From sequence record SRR20825010_3141: a stretch of DNA of 64,000 bases; one strand, given 5' to 3'. Numbering within the stretch: position 1 is the first letter of the stretch; each line of letters begins with the position of its first letter. Below the pieces are notes generated by a model. The model ran no database searches and was not told the DNA's origin. It worked only from the letters and a program-made list of their open reading frames with translations. The position numbers and the translations under genes are program-made. Of the stretch, positions 19,488 through 28,659 are shown in pieces.

Positions 19488-21203
19488 TCAGTAGCCAATT
19501 CCCGCTCTTAGAATAAACGCTTCTTCCAAGCTTGTGTTGCCCGAGACCGATTGTTCGTAGTGCAATTCTCGGTCAAACGAGATGCCGGCTTCGATGAATC
19601 CGGAACGTTGGCCGGTTCGCAGCAATTGCGAGTTACCCCATTCGAATCCAAACATCGCGTTGATCTGGTTGATATCGACGCGTTCGCCGTCTGGCGCGAG
19701 CAAAGTATCGCTGAGCGTCCAAGAATCACCGCCGTATTCGCCGGCCAGGTACCACCAAACGTCACGGGTCCCGATCGTTCGCCAATATTTTGCCATTTTT
19801 GGCTCAGGGAAGAAAATGTCGAACCGGGTGTAAGGATTTGGCTGCCACAGCAATCCCCCCGCAGGAAGGAGCTTCGTGTCGAGTCGGTCCAGGTAATAGA
19901 CGCCGCCCTTCAACGTCGACGTGGGGGTCAAACGAAAGGAGGCGAGCCCTTTTCCGAGCACGCGGATGCTGTCGCTGTTGAAAGTGTCAAAATCGGTGTA
20001 CGCCCCAACTCGGACTCCGAGCTCAGCACCAACAATTTGATTGGGGTCGGTTTGCCAGCCGAAATCGATCGACGCCGCGTAGGCATTGCTGGGCAGCATG
20101 CGTGTCGGGGCTGCAGCAGGCGTGGCTGGTCCATCGAACAGGTACAGCGAAAACGACGGAACGACGAACAAAGGCCGTGTGCTGAACAGAAAGTTGGGGA
20201 ACGCGAATCCGATCGATGCGTCGGTTTGGTTGTATCCGACATCGGTTGCTCCATCGCCACCACCGATGAATGTGTGGCGAATCCTCGGTCCGTTTAGCAT
20301 TCGATATGCGCTGACGGCCTCCGGGGAACTGAAACCACCCGGGAACAGGCTCGACGGAGAACCTGAGAATCCACCGGGGAACAGCGTGGACGGGGACCCG
20401 GATGGATAGGCCGCCGACGGATAAGGATCTAAACCCGGCGGAGGAATCGCGGTGCCCGGATAGCCGGTTCCGCCTTGGTAAGGCATGCCGGTTCCGGGGT
20501 AAGTCGGAGGTGCACCGGTGTAAATGGATCCTGCGTCGTACGGGACGGCAGTTCCTCCACCGAACCCGGTCGCGAATCCATTGCCCTGATAAGTGGCCCC
20601 TTGATAGGGCGCCGAGGTTGAACCTTGTGTGAACATACTGCCGGAGAAAAGTCCGTTCAGCAAACCGCCGTTGGGATAAGCGGCGTTTCCCGTTGCGGGA
20701 GGGTATGCTCCGGCGGCGGAATTCAACGGAACGGGTGATCCGAGCGGCGTTGGCGTGTACTGGGGCACCGCGAAAGAGTTTGGAGCCGCGGACGCCGATG
20801 CGTAAGGATCAAACAGCGATCCCGACACCGGAGCGGTGTTGGGGCGTGGCGGAGTGGCAAAGTTTGGGCTGGCGTAAATCGAACTGCCGTAACTGCCATT
20901 TGGCGCACCATTCGCAACGCCGGGGGGAGGGGCAATTGTCGATTGTCCGTACGGTGAGACGCCAGTGGCGGGCGATTGGATCGGAGCAAGATTTGTTTGT
21001 GGAGTTTCGCCGTAGTTCGACTGCGCGACCAAGGGAGCCGGATTCATCACGATCACGACGCAGACCAACGAAGCCGCCATCAAGGTGAGGACGATTCGAA
21101 CGAATCCACCTATGATGGCGCTCGACTGCGGAGCGACGAAGTGATGAAAATGGTTCGGCAAAAGATTGCACTTTGGAGTCGGCGGGCGCGGTCGAGACAA
21201 CAA
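19488..21203 (-). CDS. Hypothetical exported protein: Pro/Gly-rich N-half plus probable outer-membrane beta-barrel
   Basis: Signal-like hydrophobic stretch, about 250 aa of low-complexity P/G/S/Y sequence, then amphipathic beta segments ending ...ILRAGIGY (terminal aromatic); true start probably downstream of 21203. Confidence 0.7.
   Translation of the reverse strand: MLSRPRPPTPKCNLLPNHFHHFVAPQSSAIIGGFVRIVLTLMAASLVCVVIVMNPAPLVAQSNYGETPQTNLAPIQSPATGVSPYGQSTIAPPPGVANGAPNGSYGSSIYASPNFATPPRPNTAPVSGSLFDPYASASAAPNSFAVPQYTPTPLGSPVPLNSAAGAYPPATGNAAYPNGGLLNGLFSGSMFTQGSTSAPYQGATYQGNGFATGFGGGTAVPYDAGSIYTGAPPTYPGTGMPYQGGTGYPGTAIPPPGLDPYPSAAYPSGSPSTLFPGGFSGSPSSLFPGGFSSPEAVSAYRMLNGPRIRHTFIGGGDGATDVGYNQTDASIGFAFPNFLFSTRPLFVVPSFSLYLFDGPATPAAAPTRMLPSNAYAASIDFGWQTDPNQIVGAELGVRVGAYTDFDTFNSDSIRVLGKGLASFRLTPTSTLKGGVYYLDRLDTKLLPAGGLLWQPNPYTRFDIFFPEPKMAKYWRTIGTRDVWWYLAGEYGGDSWTLSDTLLAPDGERVDINQINAMFGFEWGNSQLLRTGQRSGFIEAGISFDRELHYEQSVSGNTSLEEAFILRAGIGY
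20331..20402 (-). repeat. Degenerate 36-bp tandem duplication within the CDS
   Basis: Encodes [12 protein letters not shown] / [12 protein letters not shown]. Confidence 0.75.
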
Positions 21204-21307
21204 CTTGAGTCGATTTAGCGATTTTCATGAACTTTCGTCAAGATAAATCTGAGCGGCGATTGGCTCGTGATCACCACAATTCATTGAAAACTAGGCAAGC
21301 TTGAGCG

Positions 21308-22015
21308 ATGGAAGACTTAGATATCCCGCAGTTGGCTGAATACCTGCACATCACTCCCGACCAAGTTCGAAAAATGGTTTCGCGAGGAAACTTGCCGGGC
21401 CGGCGAGTCGGAGGTGACTGGAAATTCAACGAGGCCGAGATCCATCACTGGCTCGAGGAACGAATCGGGTTGAGCGATCAAGGTGAACTCGATCAAGTTC
21501 GAGCGGTATTGCATCGTCGATCAGAGGCCCCGCCGCATACTTTGGCAGAGATCTGTCCTGTGGAGTTGGTTTCCAACCCGTTTGTTGCCAGGACTCGTGG
21601 CAGCGTGATTCGTAATATGTGCGAACTAGCCAGTCGAACGGGCATGCTATGGGACGCACCCGCGATGGCCGAAGCGGTCGCGACTCGCGAAAAACTGCAT
21701 CCAACGGCATTGGATTGCGGTGTTGCATTGCTTCACCCGCGTCGTCCGCAAACGTCCATTTTGGCGGAATCAGTGTTGGCGATGGGAATCTGCCCAACGC
21801 CGGTTGCTTTCTCTGACACCGGGCAATTGACCGACATTTTCTTTTTGATCTGCTCTTATGACGACAGTTCGCACTTGCGTATTTTGGCGAAACTGAGCCG
21901 GATCGTCTCCGATGAAGCCTTCCTGGAAGGTGTGCGTGCAAGTGACACGCCGGCAGACGCTTGGGCGATCTTGAACGAAGCCGAGATGTCGCTGGATGAG
22001 AATCACGCTTTCTAA
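21308..22015 (+). CDS. PTS EIIA (Ntr/Fru-type) with N-terminal excisionase-like HTH domain
   Basis: LAEYLHI...LPGRRVGGDWKF HTH, then REKLHPTALDCGVALLHPR (phospho-His) and HLRILAKLSR. Confidence 0.85.
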   Translation: MEDLDIPQLAEYLHITPDQVRKMVSRGNLPGRRVGGDWKFNEAEIHHWLEERIGLSDQGELDQVRAVLHRRSEAPPHTLAEICPVELVSNPFVARTRGSVIRNMCELASRTGMLWDAPAMAEAVATREKLHPTALDCGVALLHPRRPQTSILAESVLAMGICPTPVAFSDTGQLTDIFFLICSYDDSSHLRILAKLSRIVSDEAFLEGVRASDTPADAWAILNEAEMSLDENHAF

Positions 22016-22862
22016 GTCGAACGAATCCTTCAGAGACAATGTCTCCGCTGAGGCGATAGGGAATCAGGCCATTGAAATTCAGGCCGTTGAGAATTCCGAA
22101 TTCGAGCCAGACATCAGTCCGCCATGCATCGTCGCATGGGTGGGCGACTCTTCCAATTCATTGGCATTGCACGCCAAGGCACTTTGCGAGCAGAACGCGG
22201 ATGCGGTCGCGACCTATTCCAGTGTCGCGTCCATGCTGGCTTCGCCGCCGCGACTACCGTTGTCACACGTGTTACTGGCTCAAACCGATCGTTCGCACTT
22301 CATTGGTTCCGATCAAGTCCGTGAGCTGAATCGTGTCGCTCCGAACGCGAAAGTGTTGCGGTGGTTGGGACCGTTGGTGGCTCCTTCGGTTGGATTGCCA
22401 GGGCAAGAAGGTTGGGTTGAGTCGATCGGTTGGCGAGACAGTACGCAAACGCTTCCGTTTTGGTTGGGCGGAGTGGACCGTTCGGCTGACGCGTCGAATT
22501 CGACCCAGGGTTTGATCATCGTTTCTCAATCTTGGGCTATCGCTGATGCCCTGTTCGGGACCGTCGAAGCAATCGCGGGTGAATTGAGCCAGCCAGTCCC
22601 CGTCATGACGTGGCGTCGAGATGGATTGACTCGAGCGGATCGATTTTCCTCCGCACATGTGGTGTGGGACGATTCGGTATGGCGATGTTCAGATGAGAAG
22701 CCTTGCGAGTTGGCGTCCGCTGTGGAAGGTCGCCAATACCGTCACATTTGGATGACTGGAATGGCATCGCCAACGCAAATTGAAAACGCGTATCGATCGG
22801 GAGTGACCGCAGTTTGGAACAAACCAACTCGTCGCGAGTCGATCGAAGCCTTGTGGCGCTGA
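21996..22862 (+). CDS. Hypothetical protein with degenerate receiver-like C-terminal domain
   Basis: VVWDD...IWMTG...AYRSGVTAVWNKP resembles the end of a receiver domain; overlaps or abuts the EIIA gene. Confidence 0.55.
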   Translation: MRITLSKSNESFRDNVSAEAIGNQAIEIQAVENSEFEPDISPPCIVAWVGDSSNSLALHAKALCEQNADAVATYSSVASMLASPPRLPLSHVLLAQTDRSHFIGSDQVRELNRVAPNAKVLRWLGPLVAPSVGLPGQEGWVESIGWRDSTQTLPFWLGGVDRSADASNSTQGLIIVSQSWAIADALFGTVEAIAGELSQPVPVMTWRRDGLTRADRFSSAHVVWDDSVWRCSDEKPCELASAVEGRQYRHIWMTGMASPTQIENAYRSGVTAVWNKPTRRESIEALWR

Positions 22863-22955
22863 GAGAGTTTTCGCTGAGTCGTATTTTGCCACTGCCACCG
22901 CCAGCGTCCATCTGAATCCTCCAGCGTCCGTTTGAAATCATCCAGCACTGCGCAT

Positions 22956-22989
22956 AAAAAACCCGCCCGCGAAAAATCGCGGACGGGTT
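22956..22989 (-). terminator. Intrinsic terminator downstream of the YTV gene
   Basis: Minus strand AACCCGTCCGCGA-TTTT-TCGCGGGCGGGTT followed by further Ts. Confidence 0.75.
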
Positions 22990-23154
22990 CGTCGCCGACC
23001 GAGTGGAGTATCTCGGTCTAGCGTTTTGGAGTCGAGTTGTCGTTGACGGATCGTTTTGAATCAGACTTTCTCATTCAACATGCTTTTGTTGCGACAAAGA
23101 ACGTTCCGTCAACGCATTGCCCACTTCAATGTAGACGAAAATTCGAGCTGCTGA

Positions 23155-24909
23155 TTAGCAACCGGTGCAAGGCGATGCACTGACCGTTGCGCCACAGCTT
23201 CCGCAGCCACTGCCGATCGACGGAGCCGATTGGTAATGGATTGGGGTGCTGCATCCGCTTGCTCCGCTACCGCCCATGATGACCGATGGTCCCACGTTGA
23301 TGGCTGGTCCGGATTGATAACCGCCCATAGCAGCTGGTTCAGCACAAGGCGTGAAGGATTCTTCCACCAAGGTCGGGACCATCTTGCAGACTTGGACCTT
23401 CTTTTCCTTTGTCACGGTGACAGGAACACTGACGGTGTACTCCTCAACCACTTGCTCGGCGACTTGGTCGTAACGAGTGGTTGTGTAAGGTTCGACGGTG
23501 TATTCAGGAACGTTGTAAGTGAAGCTGACTTCCTTTGTACGTTCTTCTGTCTTGTAGGTGACGTAGGGAATCGTTTCCGTTTTGGTGACCGAGGTGTAGG
23601 TCAGTTGTTTGCGAATGCGAGTCCGAGTTTCTTCGTTGTACTGAACTTCCTTGCGAGTACGTGTGCGAGTTTCGTCCACGTACTGGACAACCTGCTTTGA
23701 TCCGGTGCGGGTTTCAGGTTGGTAAACGATGGTCGTGCACTCGTAGGGGACCTGGGTCGCTTGTTGTTCGTACACGGTGTAATTCACCACTTGCGACTCG
23801 GTCGTGCTGGTTGTGACAGGCACTTCTTCGGTCACAACGTTGGGGACCCAAACGCGTTTGGTGATGGTGCTGGTTGTCGATCCGCAAGCGGTCGATGCAG
23901 GGGCTGAGTACGAGACTCCGCCACCGCAACCGGCGTAGGTTTGTCCGTACACGGTGCCGCATCCGCCACACTTGGAAACGCAACCGCCACATGAGCGGCA
24001 TCCGCAAGCACGACGTCCGCAAGATCCACCACAAGCAGAGCCGACCGACGAAGTCGATCCGCATCCGCCAACGTAAGTGACATTGGTCGCAACGGGTGCT
24101 GAAGCAACTTCAACGACTTGTTCTTCCCAGTGACCGTAATCTTTGGTGACTGTTTGCATGGTCGTCTTTGGCACAGCGACTTCGATCGTGCGACTCTTGG
24201 TGACTGGAACAGCGTTGACGACTGTTCGAGTCTTTTGAGTCGTCACGGCTTGTGGCACGTTGACGGTGTAAGTGAAAGTCTCGTCGACCAACTTTGGCAC
24301 CTTAACCGTGTACGTTTCAGGAACGTCGACCAGGGTTGGGACACGAACGGTGTACTCTTCCGGAATTTCGGACCACTGAGGCACCGACTCGGTGACTTCG
24401 ACTTGCTTCTCTTCCTTCACGGGAACCAAAACCGAGTAGGTGATCGTCTTCGTGTCCGTCTTCGGCACGTTGACCACTTTGGTGCGGTACTTTTCTTCGG
24501 TCACTGGAACCGTCTTGTAGACCGTCTTGGTGCGGAAGCGAGTTTCCGGTTGGCTTTCGGTCACGTTGACCATGCGGGATTCGGTCACATAGGTCGGCTT
24601 CATGACGACGCGATAACCGACGACAGGTTCGCAAATGGTTTCGCGAGCAGGAACCGACGAGGTGACAACCGAACCGCCCATCACCGATGGGCCGCTGCTG
24701 TAAACCACGCCCGTCGAATAGGTTTGGCTGGGGACGACGTAGCCTTGGCCGCAACCAATTGCGCCGCCGCAACCGCTGCTGACGACGGGTGCTGAAACGC
24801 CGCACGGATCGGAGCATCCGCCGCACGGAACGCATTGTGCCATGGCGGTAGCCACCATGGAGGCGAAGCATGCCGCGGCAATGCTCGCAAAAGTGGATCC
24901 AAACTTCAC
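23155..24909 (-). CDS. Secreted YTV-repeat, Cys-rich planctomycete envelope/structural protein
   Basis: GTG 24909 behind GAGGA; signal peptide ending AMA|Q; YTVxVP repeats with a 14-aa period; Cys/Gly-rich N-terminal, central and C-terminal blocks. Confidence 0.8.
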   Translation of the reverse strand: MKFGSTFASIAAACFASMVATAMAQCVPCGGCSDPCGVSAPVVSSGCGGAIGCGQGYVVPSQTYSTGVVYSSGPSVMGGSVVTSSVPARETICEPVVGYRVVMKPTYVTESRMVNVTESQPETRFRTKTVYKTVPVTEEKYRTKVVNVPKTDTKTITYSVLVPVKEEKQVEVTESVPQWSEIPEEYTVRVPTLVDVPETYTVKVPKLVDETFTYTVNVPQAVTTQKTRTVVNAVPVTKSRTIEVAVPKTTMQTVTKDYGHWEEQVVEVASAPVATNVTYVGGCGSTSSVGSACGGSCGRRACGCRSCGGCVSKCGGCGTVYGQTYAGCGGGVSYSAPASTACGSTTSTITKRVWVPNVVTEEVPVTTSTTESQVVNYTVYEQQATQVPYECTTIVYQPETRTGSKQVVQYVDETRTRTRKEVQYNEETRTRIRKQLTYTSVTKTETIPYVTYKTEERTKEVSFTYNVPEYTVEPYTTTRYDQVAEQVVEEYTVSVPVTVTKEKKVQVCKMVPTLVEESFTPCAEPAAMGGYQSGPAINVGPSVIMGGSGASGCSTPIHYQSAPSIGSGCGSCGATVSASPCTGC

Positions 24910-25155
24910 TGGTGAAATCCTCAAAGAGTCATAAACAACGATGGAAACGGATGCCAATCGAAGTCCGACGGCACACGTGAAGGGTGTGAATCATTTCAGT
25001 GCGAGCAGCGCCAAACCGGACAGTTGTCGTTCAAAAGACATTGCTCGGAGCATTCACGCAGCACCCCAGGGGGGGCGAGGCTGCTACTCTGTCGCACCAG
25101 ATTAGATCGGGTCTAGAAGGTTACAATCGTTCAGGTGGTAAAAAAGTGCCTATTT

Positions 25156-25189
25156 GTTGCAATGGGCACAATCGTTGCAATCTGCACAA
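25156..25189 (+). promoter_or_regulatory. Direct repeat overlapping a candidate sigma54 promoter
   Basis: GTTGCAATnnGCACAA twice with an 18-bp period; the junction reads GGGCACAATCGTTGCA (GG-N10-GC). Confidence 0.45.
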
Positions 25190-25449
25190 ATATCCTACAG
25201 CACGTAAGTTTTTGCCGGTCAACCACCCGAGGCGTCTGAATCGCCCGAACAAAACAAACCCGCTTCGGAAATCTCGGGAAGATTCCCATTTCACGGGCGG
25301 CGTCCCTCGTGAGGGGAGTTTCTGGTTGATAAATTTCTTCTTTGCACACCCGATCCCCGACTGTGTCAAACAGCTCGAGGCTTCCGTTTTGAGACCGTTG
25401 GCATCGAGGCCACGTTTTCAACCGATCTCAGCACCTTCCGAAGAAATCT

Positions 25450-26835
25450 ATGAACGCCGTGTTTGATTCTCGCCCTTGGGCCGTCCGAGTTGGAATTTCT
25501 GCTTTTGCCGCGTTTTGCTGGATCAACGCCTCGGCAACATTCGCGGCAAAGCCCGGACAACCCGTGGTCGCTCGCGTTGAAATGCAATTCGCGAAGGAGG
25601 ACAAAGTCGTTGACGTCATCGCGAAAGGTGATTTGTTGACGGTGGTGGAAGATCGCGGAGAAGACTACGTGATCGTGACGCACGATGGGACTCGCGGTGC
25701 CGTCGACAAGGTCAACGCGGTCGAATTGGCGGAATCGACCGGCATCTACACCGATCTGATCGAGGAGTTTCCTGAAGAAGGCCGCTACCACACGCTTCGA
25801 GCGTCAGCCTGGTGGGCTTTGGGAGAGCAGGAAAAGGCGATGGCGGACTTCAACGAAGCCATTGAAAAGGGCTACGAAGAAGCCCACGCGTACAGCAGCC
25901 GAGGACTTTTCTATGCCGCTCGCGGAGAACATGACGCCGCAATCAAAGACTACGAGCGAGCGTTGAAGCTCGATCCCGAAGACATCACTCCGATCATCAA
26001 CCGGGCAGCCGTTCGAATGGCTCAGCGTGAATTCGAAGCGGCAATCGGCGACTACACCGAGGCATTGGAAGTTCGCGAAGGCAACGCAGGGCTGCTTCGC
26101 CAGCGGGCTTTAGCGTACAAGTCCGCGGGTGAAATGGAAAAAGCGATTCAGGATTACGATGCGATCGTGGACGACAATCCCGAGGACGTCGCCGCGATCA
26201 TGGGCCGCGGTTACATCCGTTTTCAGCAACACGAGTACGCGGCCGCTGCTGCCGATTTCTCCGCAGCTTTGGAGCTGAATGAGAAAGACCCGGTGGCTTG
26301 GAACAACCGGGGCTACAACCGTTATCAGCTCGGCAAAGCCAAGGAAGCATTGTCGGACTACGAAAAAGCCATAGAACTGGCGCCCGAATACGGTTTGGCC
26401 CACCAAAATCGAGCTTGGTTGTTAGCGACCACCGACGATGAATCGCTGCGGGATGCGGATGCCGCTCTGGAAGCCGCCAAGAAGGCGTGCGAACTGAATG
26501 GCTACGGAAACGTCAGTGACCTTTCAGCTCTCGCGGCTGCACTGGCCGCGCAGGGTGAATTTAAGGAAGCGGTTGGCTGGCAAGAGAAAGTGGTCGAGTC
26601 GGCTCCCGAGGATGCGAAGGAATTTGCTGGCAAAATCCTCGATCGTTACCGCGCCGGGAAGCCCTATATCGCTGATCCCGCCGCGGCAGAGAAGGCTGAG
26701 CGTGCGGCGGCCGAGTTCGAGGCCAAGAAGAAGGTGGAGAAAGAAAACGCAGCCGCAAAGAAGGCTGCGGCCAAACAATTGGCAGAGGAAGCCGAAAAGG
26801 ACGCCAAGGCAACCGGCCTGGAAAAGGCAGAGTAG
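25450..26835 (+). CDS. Exported tetratricopeptide repeat protein with N-terminal SH3-like domain
   Basis: Signal peptide; multiple TPR units (AYSSRG, AWNNRG, AIxDYxxAL); NRAWLLAT motif; Ala/Glu/Lys-rich tail. Confidence 0.88.
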   Translation: MNAVFDSRPWAVRVGISAFAAFCWINASATFAAKPGQPVVARVEMQFAKEDKVVDVIAKGDLLTVVEDRGEDYVIVTHDGTRGAVDKVNAVELAESTGIYTDLIEEFPEEGRYHTLRASAWWALGEQEKAMADFNEAIEKGYEEAHAYSSRGLFYAARGEHDAAIKDYERALKLDPEDITPIINRAAVRMAQREFEAAIGDYTEALEVREGNAGLLRQRALAYKSAGEMEKAIQDYDAIVDDNPEDVAAIMGRGYIRFQQHEYAAAAADFSAALELNEKDPVAWNNRGYNRYQLGKAKEALSDYEKAIELAPEYGLAHQNRAWLLATTDDESLRDADAALEAAKKACELNGYGNVSDLSALAAALAAQGEFKEAVGWQEKVVESAPEDAKEFAGKILDRYRAGKPYIADPAAAEKAERAAAEFEAKKKVEKENAAAKKAAAKQLAEEAEKDAKATGLEKAE

Positions 26836-27136
26836 CTGCCGAACGTCGCAGACGTGACTTCTCCCGCACGACCTCCGATTTGTGGGGAAAGCACACTGCG
26901 TTAGTGCTGAAGCCGGTTTCGAAATTTGCGTGCTTGCAACTTTTTTCGATTTTCTCGTCAGAAACGCTCAAGTTTTGGCGGATGGCCGATTCAATTGGGG
27001 TTGCCGTGGTTCGGGAGGATGTCCGACCATCGCGCGACGGACACGAAGTGGTTTCGTCGTTGCCAAGGATGGTGATGGGGAGCTCAGGGACACTTTGTGC
27101 TGATTGAACTATTCCATCGTCCAAGGAGGGACGAGA

Positions 27137-28657
27137 GTGCAAACGACTCATCAACTGGCTGGCGTTCTCGACCGATCACGGCAAATTCGTTGGTTTGCCC
27201 GGCACCTCATGATTCAGTTCATGACGGTCTGCTTTGCCGTCTCCGCTCTCGCGTTCTCCGCTTCGGCGAACGATGCCGTGTTGCTGGAGTTCTCATCGTC
27301 TCAGTGCGGACCATGTTTGGCGATGAAGCCGATCGTGTCCGAGTTGATTGCTCGAGGCGTTCCTGTTCGCCAAGTCAACGTTGACAACGAAGCACACCTG
27401 ACTCGCCGCTTTGGAATTCGCAGCACCCCGACCTATGTGGTGCTTCGCGAAGGCAAAGAAGTCACGCGATTGTTGGGAGTTCAAACGGTCAGCGAACTCA
27501 CTGCCGCACTGAACCAATCTGCCGCCGGTCCCCTGATCCCCACACGAAGTGCGTCGTCCGAGCAAGCGTGGAACGAACCACAAACCCGGTTGGCCCCTCT
27601 GACCTCCGGACAAAACGCAGTCGACCGCAGCCCACGTCGTGCCATTCGAAAAGAACGTGCCGACCGAGATTCAGAATTTGCCGGTGGTTGGCAATCGATG
27701 AACAACCAAGCGGCCGGATCATCCGGGCAATTGGTGAGTTCGCAAGACGCGGCGATGGAGCCGATGCCCAGCATGTCGCTGGCCGATGCAATTGAAAACG
27801 CGAAAGCAGCGACGGTGCGTTTGCGAGTGTTTGACGGTCGTGGATATGGGGCTGGTACAGGGACGATCATTGATACCAACGGCGACGAAGCCCTGGTGCT
27901 GACATGCGGTCACTTGTTCCGCGATGGCGAAGGCAAAGATCGAATCGAAGTGGACTTGTTCGTCGCTGGCGAAGTCCGAACCGTTCCGGGACAAGTCGTC
28001 GACTATGACGCGGGCGATCGAGACATCGGATTGGTTGCGATACGACCTGGTTTCGCAGTCACTCCCGTGAAGGTGATTCAAGAAGGCGAAAAGGTCAAAG
28101 TGGGTCAAACTGCGTTTAGCTTTGGATGTGACCGCGGCGACGATCCGAGTCGCCGGGACACCCGCATCACCGGTGTCGACAAATACAATCAAAACCTCGG
28201 TATGTCCAACTTGGAAATCGATGGTGCTCCGATCGATGGCCGCAGCGGCGGTGGTTTGTTCGACGACCGCGGTGTCTTGATCGGCGTCTGCAACGCAGCG
28301 GATTACAAGTCCGACTTGGGAATCTACACCGGGCCTGGATCTGTCCATTGGCAATTGGAACGCATTCAACTGGGGCGTTTGTATCAAGGAACCCCCGTCG
28401 CTCCTGTCGCCAACCAGTTGGCCACAACTCAGCCCGCATCGAACGGATTTGCCAGCGGACCAGCACTCAACGCTTCTGACCAGCACGGAGCCAGTGCTGC
28501 ATTGGCTGGTCCAGCCACGCCGTCGGCTGGAACCGCGACTGAAATGATCGTGATCTTGCGAAATCCTGACGGGCAACAGCGGGAACAAGTGATGACGTTG
28601 AACAGTCCCGATGCGGATCTGGTAAGACAGATTCGCCAAGCCGCGTTGAGCCGGTAG
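27137..28657 (+). CDS. Thioredoxin-domain plus trypsin-like serine protease fusion
   Basis: CGPC thioredoxin motif with TPT; protease triad LTCGH / DIGL / GRSGGG; GTG behind GGAGG. Confidence 0.82.
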   Translation: MQTTHQLAGVLDRSRQIRWFARHLMIQFMTVCFAVSALAFSASANDAVLLEFSSSQCGPCLAMKPIVSELIARGVPVRQVNVDNEAHLTRRFGIRSTPTYVVLREGKEVTRLLGVQTVSELTAALNQSAAGPLIPTRSASSEQAWNEPQTRLAPLTSGQNAVDRSPRRAIRKERADRDSEFAGGWQSMNNQAAGSSGQLVSSQDAAMEPMPSMSLADAIENAKAATVRLRVFDGRGYGAGTGTIIDTNGDEALVLTCGHLFRDGEGKDRIEVDLFVAGEVRTVPGQVVDYDAGDRDIGLVAIRPGFAVTPVKVIQEGEKVKVGQTAFSFGCDRGDDPSRRDTRITGVDKYNQNLGMSNLEIDGAPIDGRSGGGLFDDRGVLIGVCNAADYKSDLGIYTGPGSVHWQLERIQLGRLYQGTPVAPVANQLATTQPASNGFASGPALNASDQHGASAALAGPATPSAGTATEMIVILRNPDGQQREQVMTLNSPDADLVRQIRQAALSR

Positions 28658-28659
28658 TT

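Noticed and set aside
21308-21470. Excisionase-like HTH as a sign of an integrated element
   Set aside because: It is fused to EIIA; there is no integrase, att repeat, tRNA target or compositional shift
23340-24640. Periodic DNA similarity that might suggest a CRISPR or satellite array
   Set aside because: The periodicity is at protein level (14-aa repeats) with degenerate codons; there are no identical repeats with unique spacers
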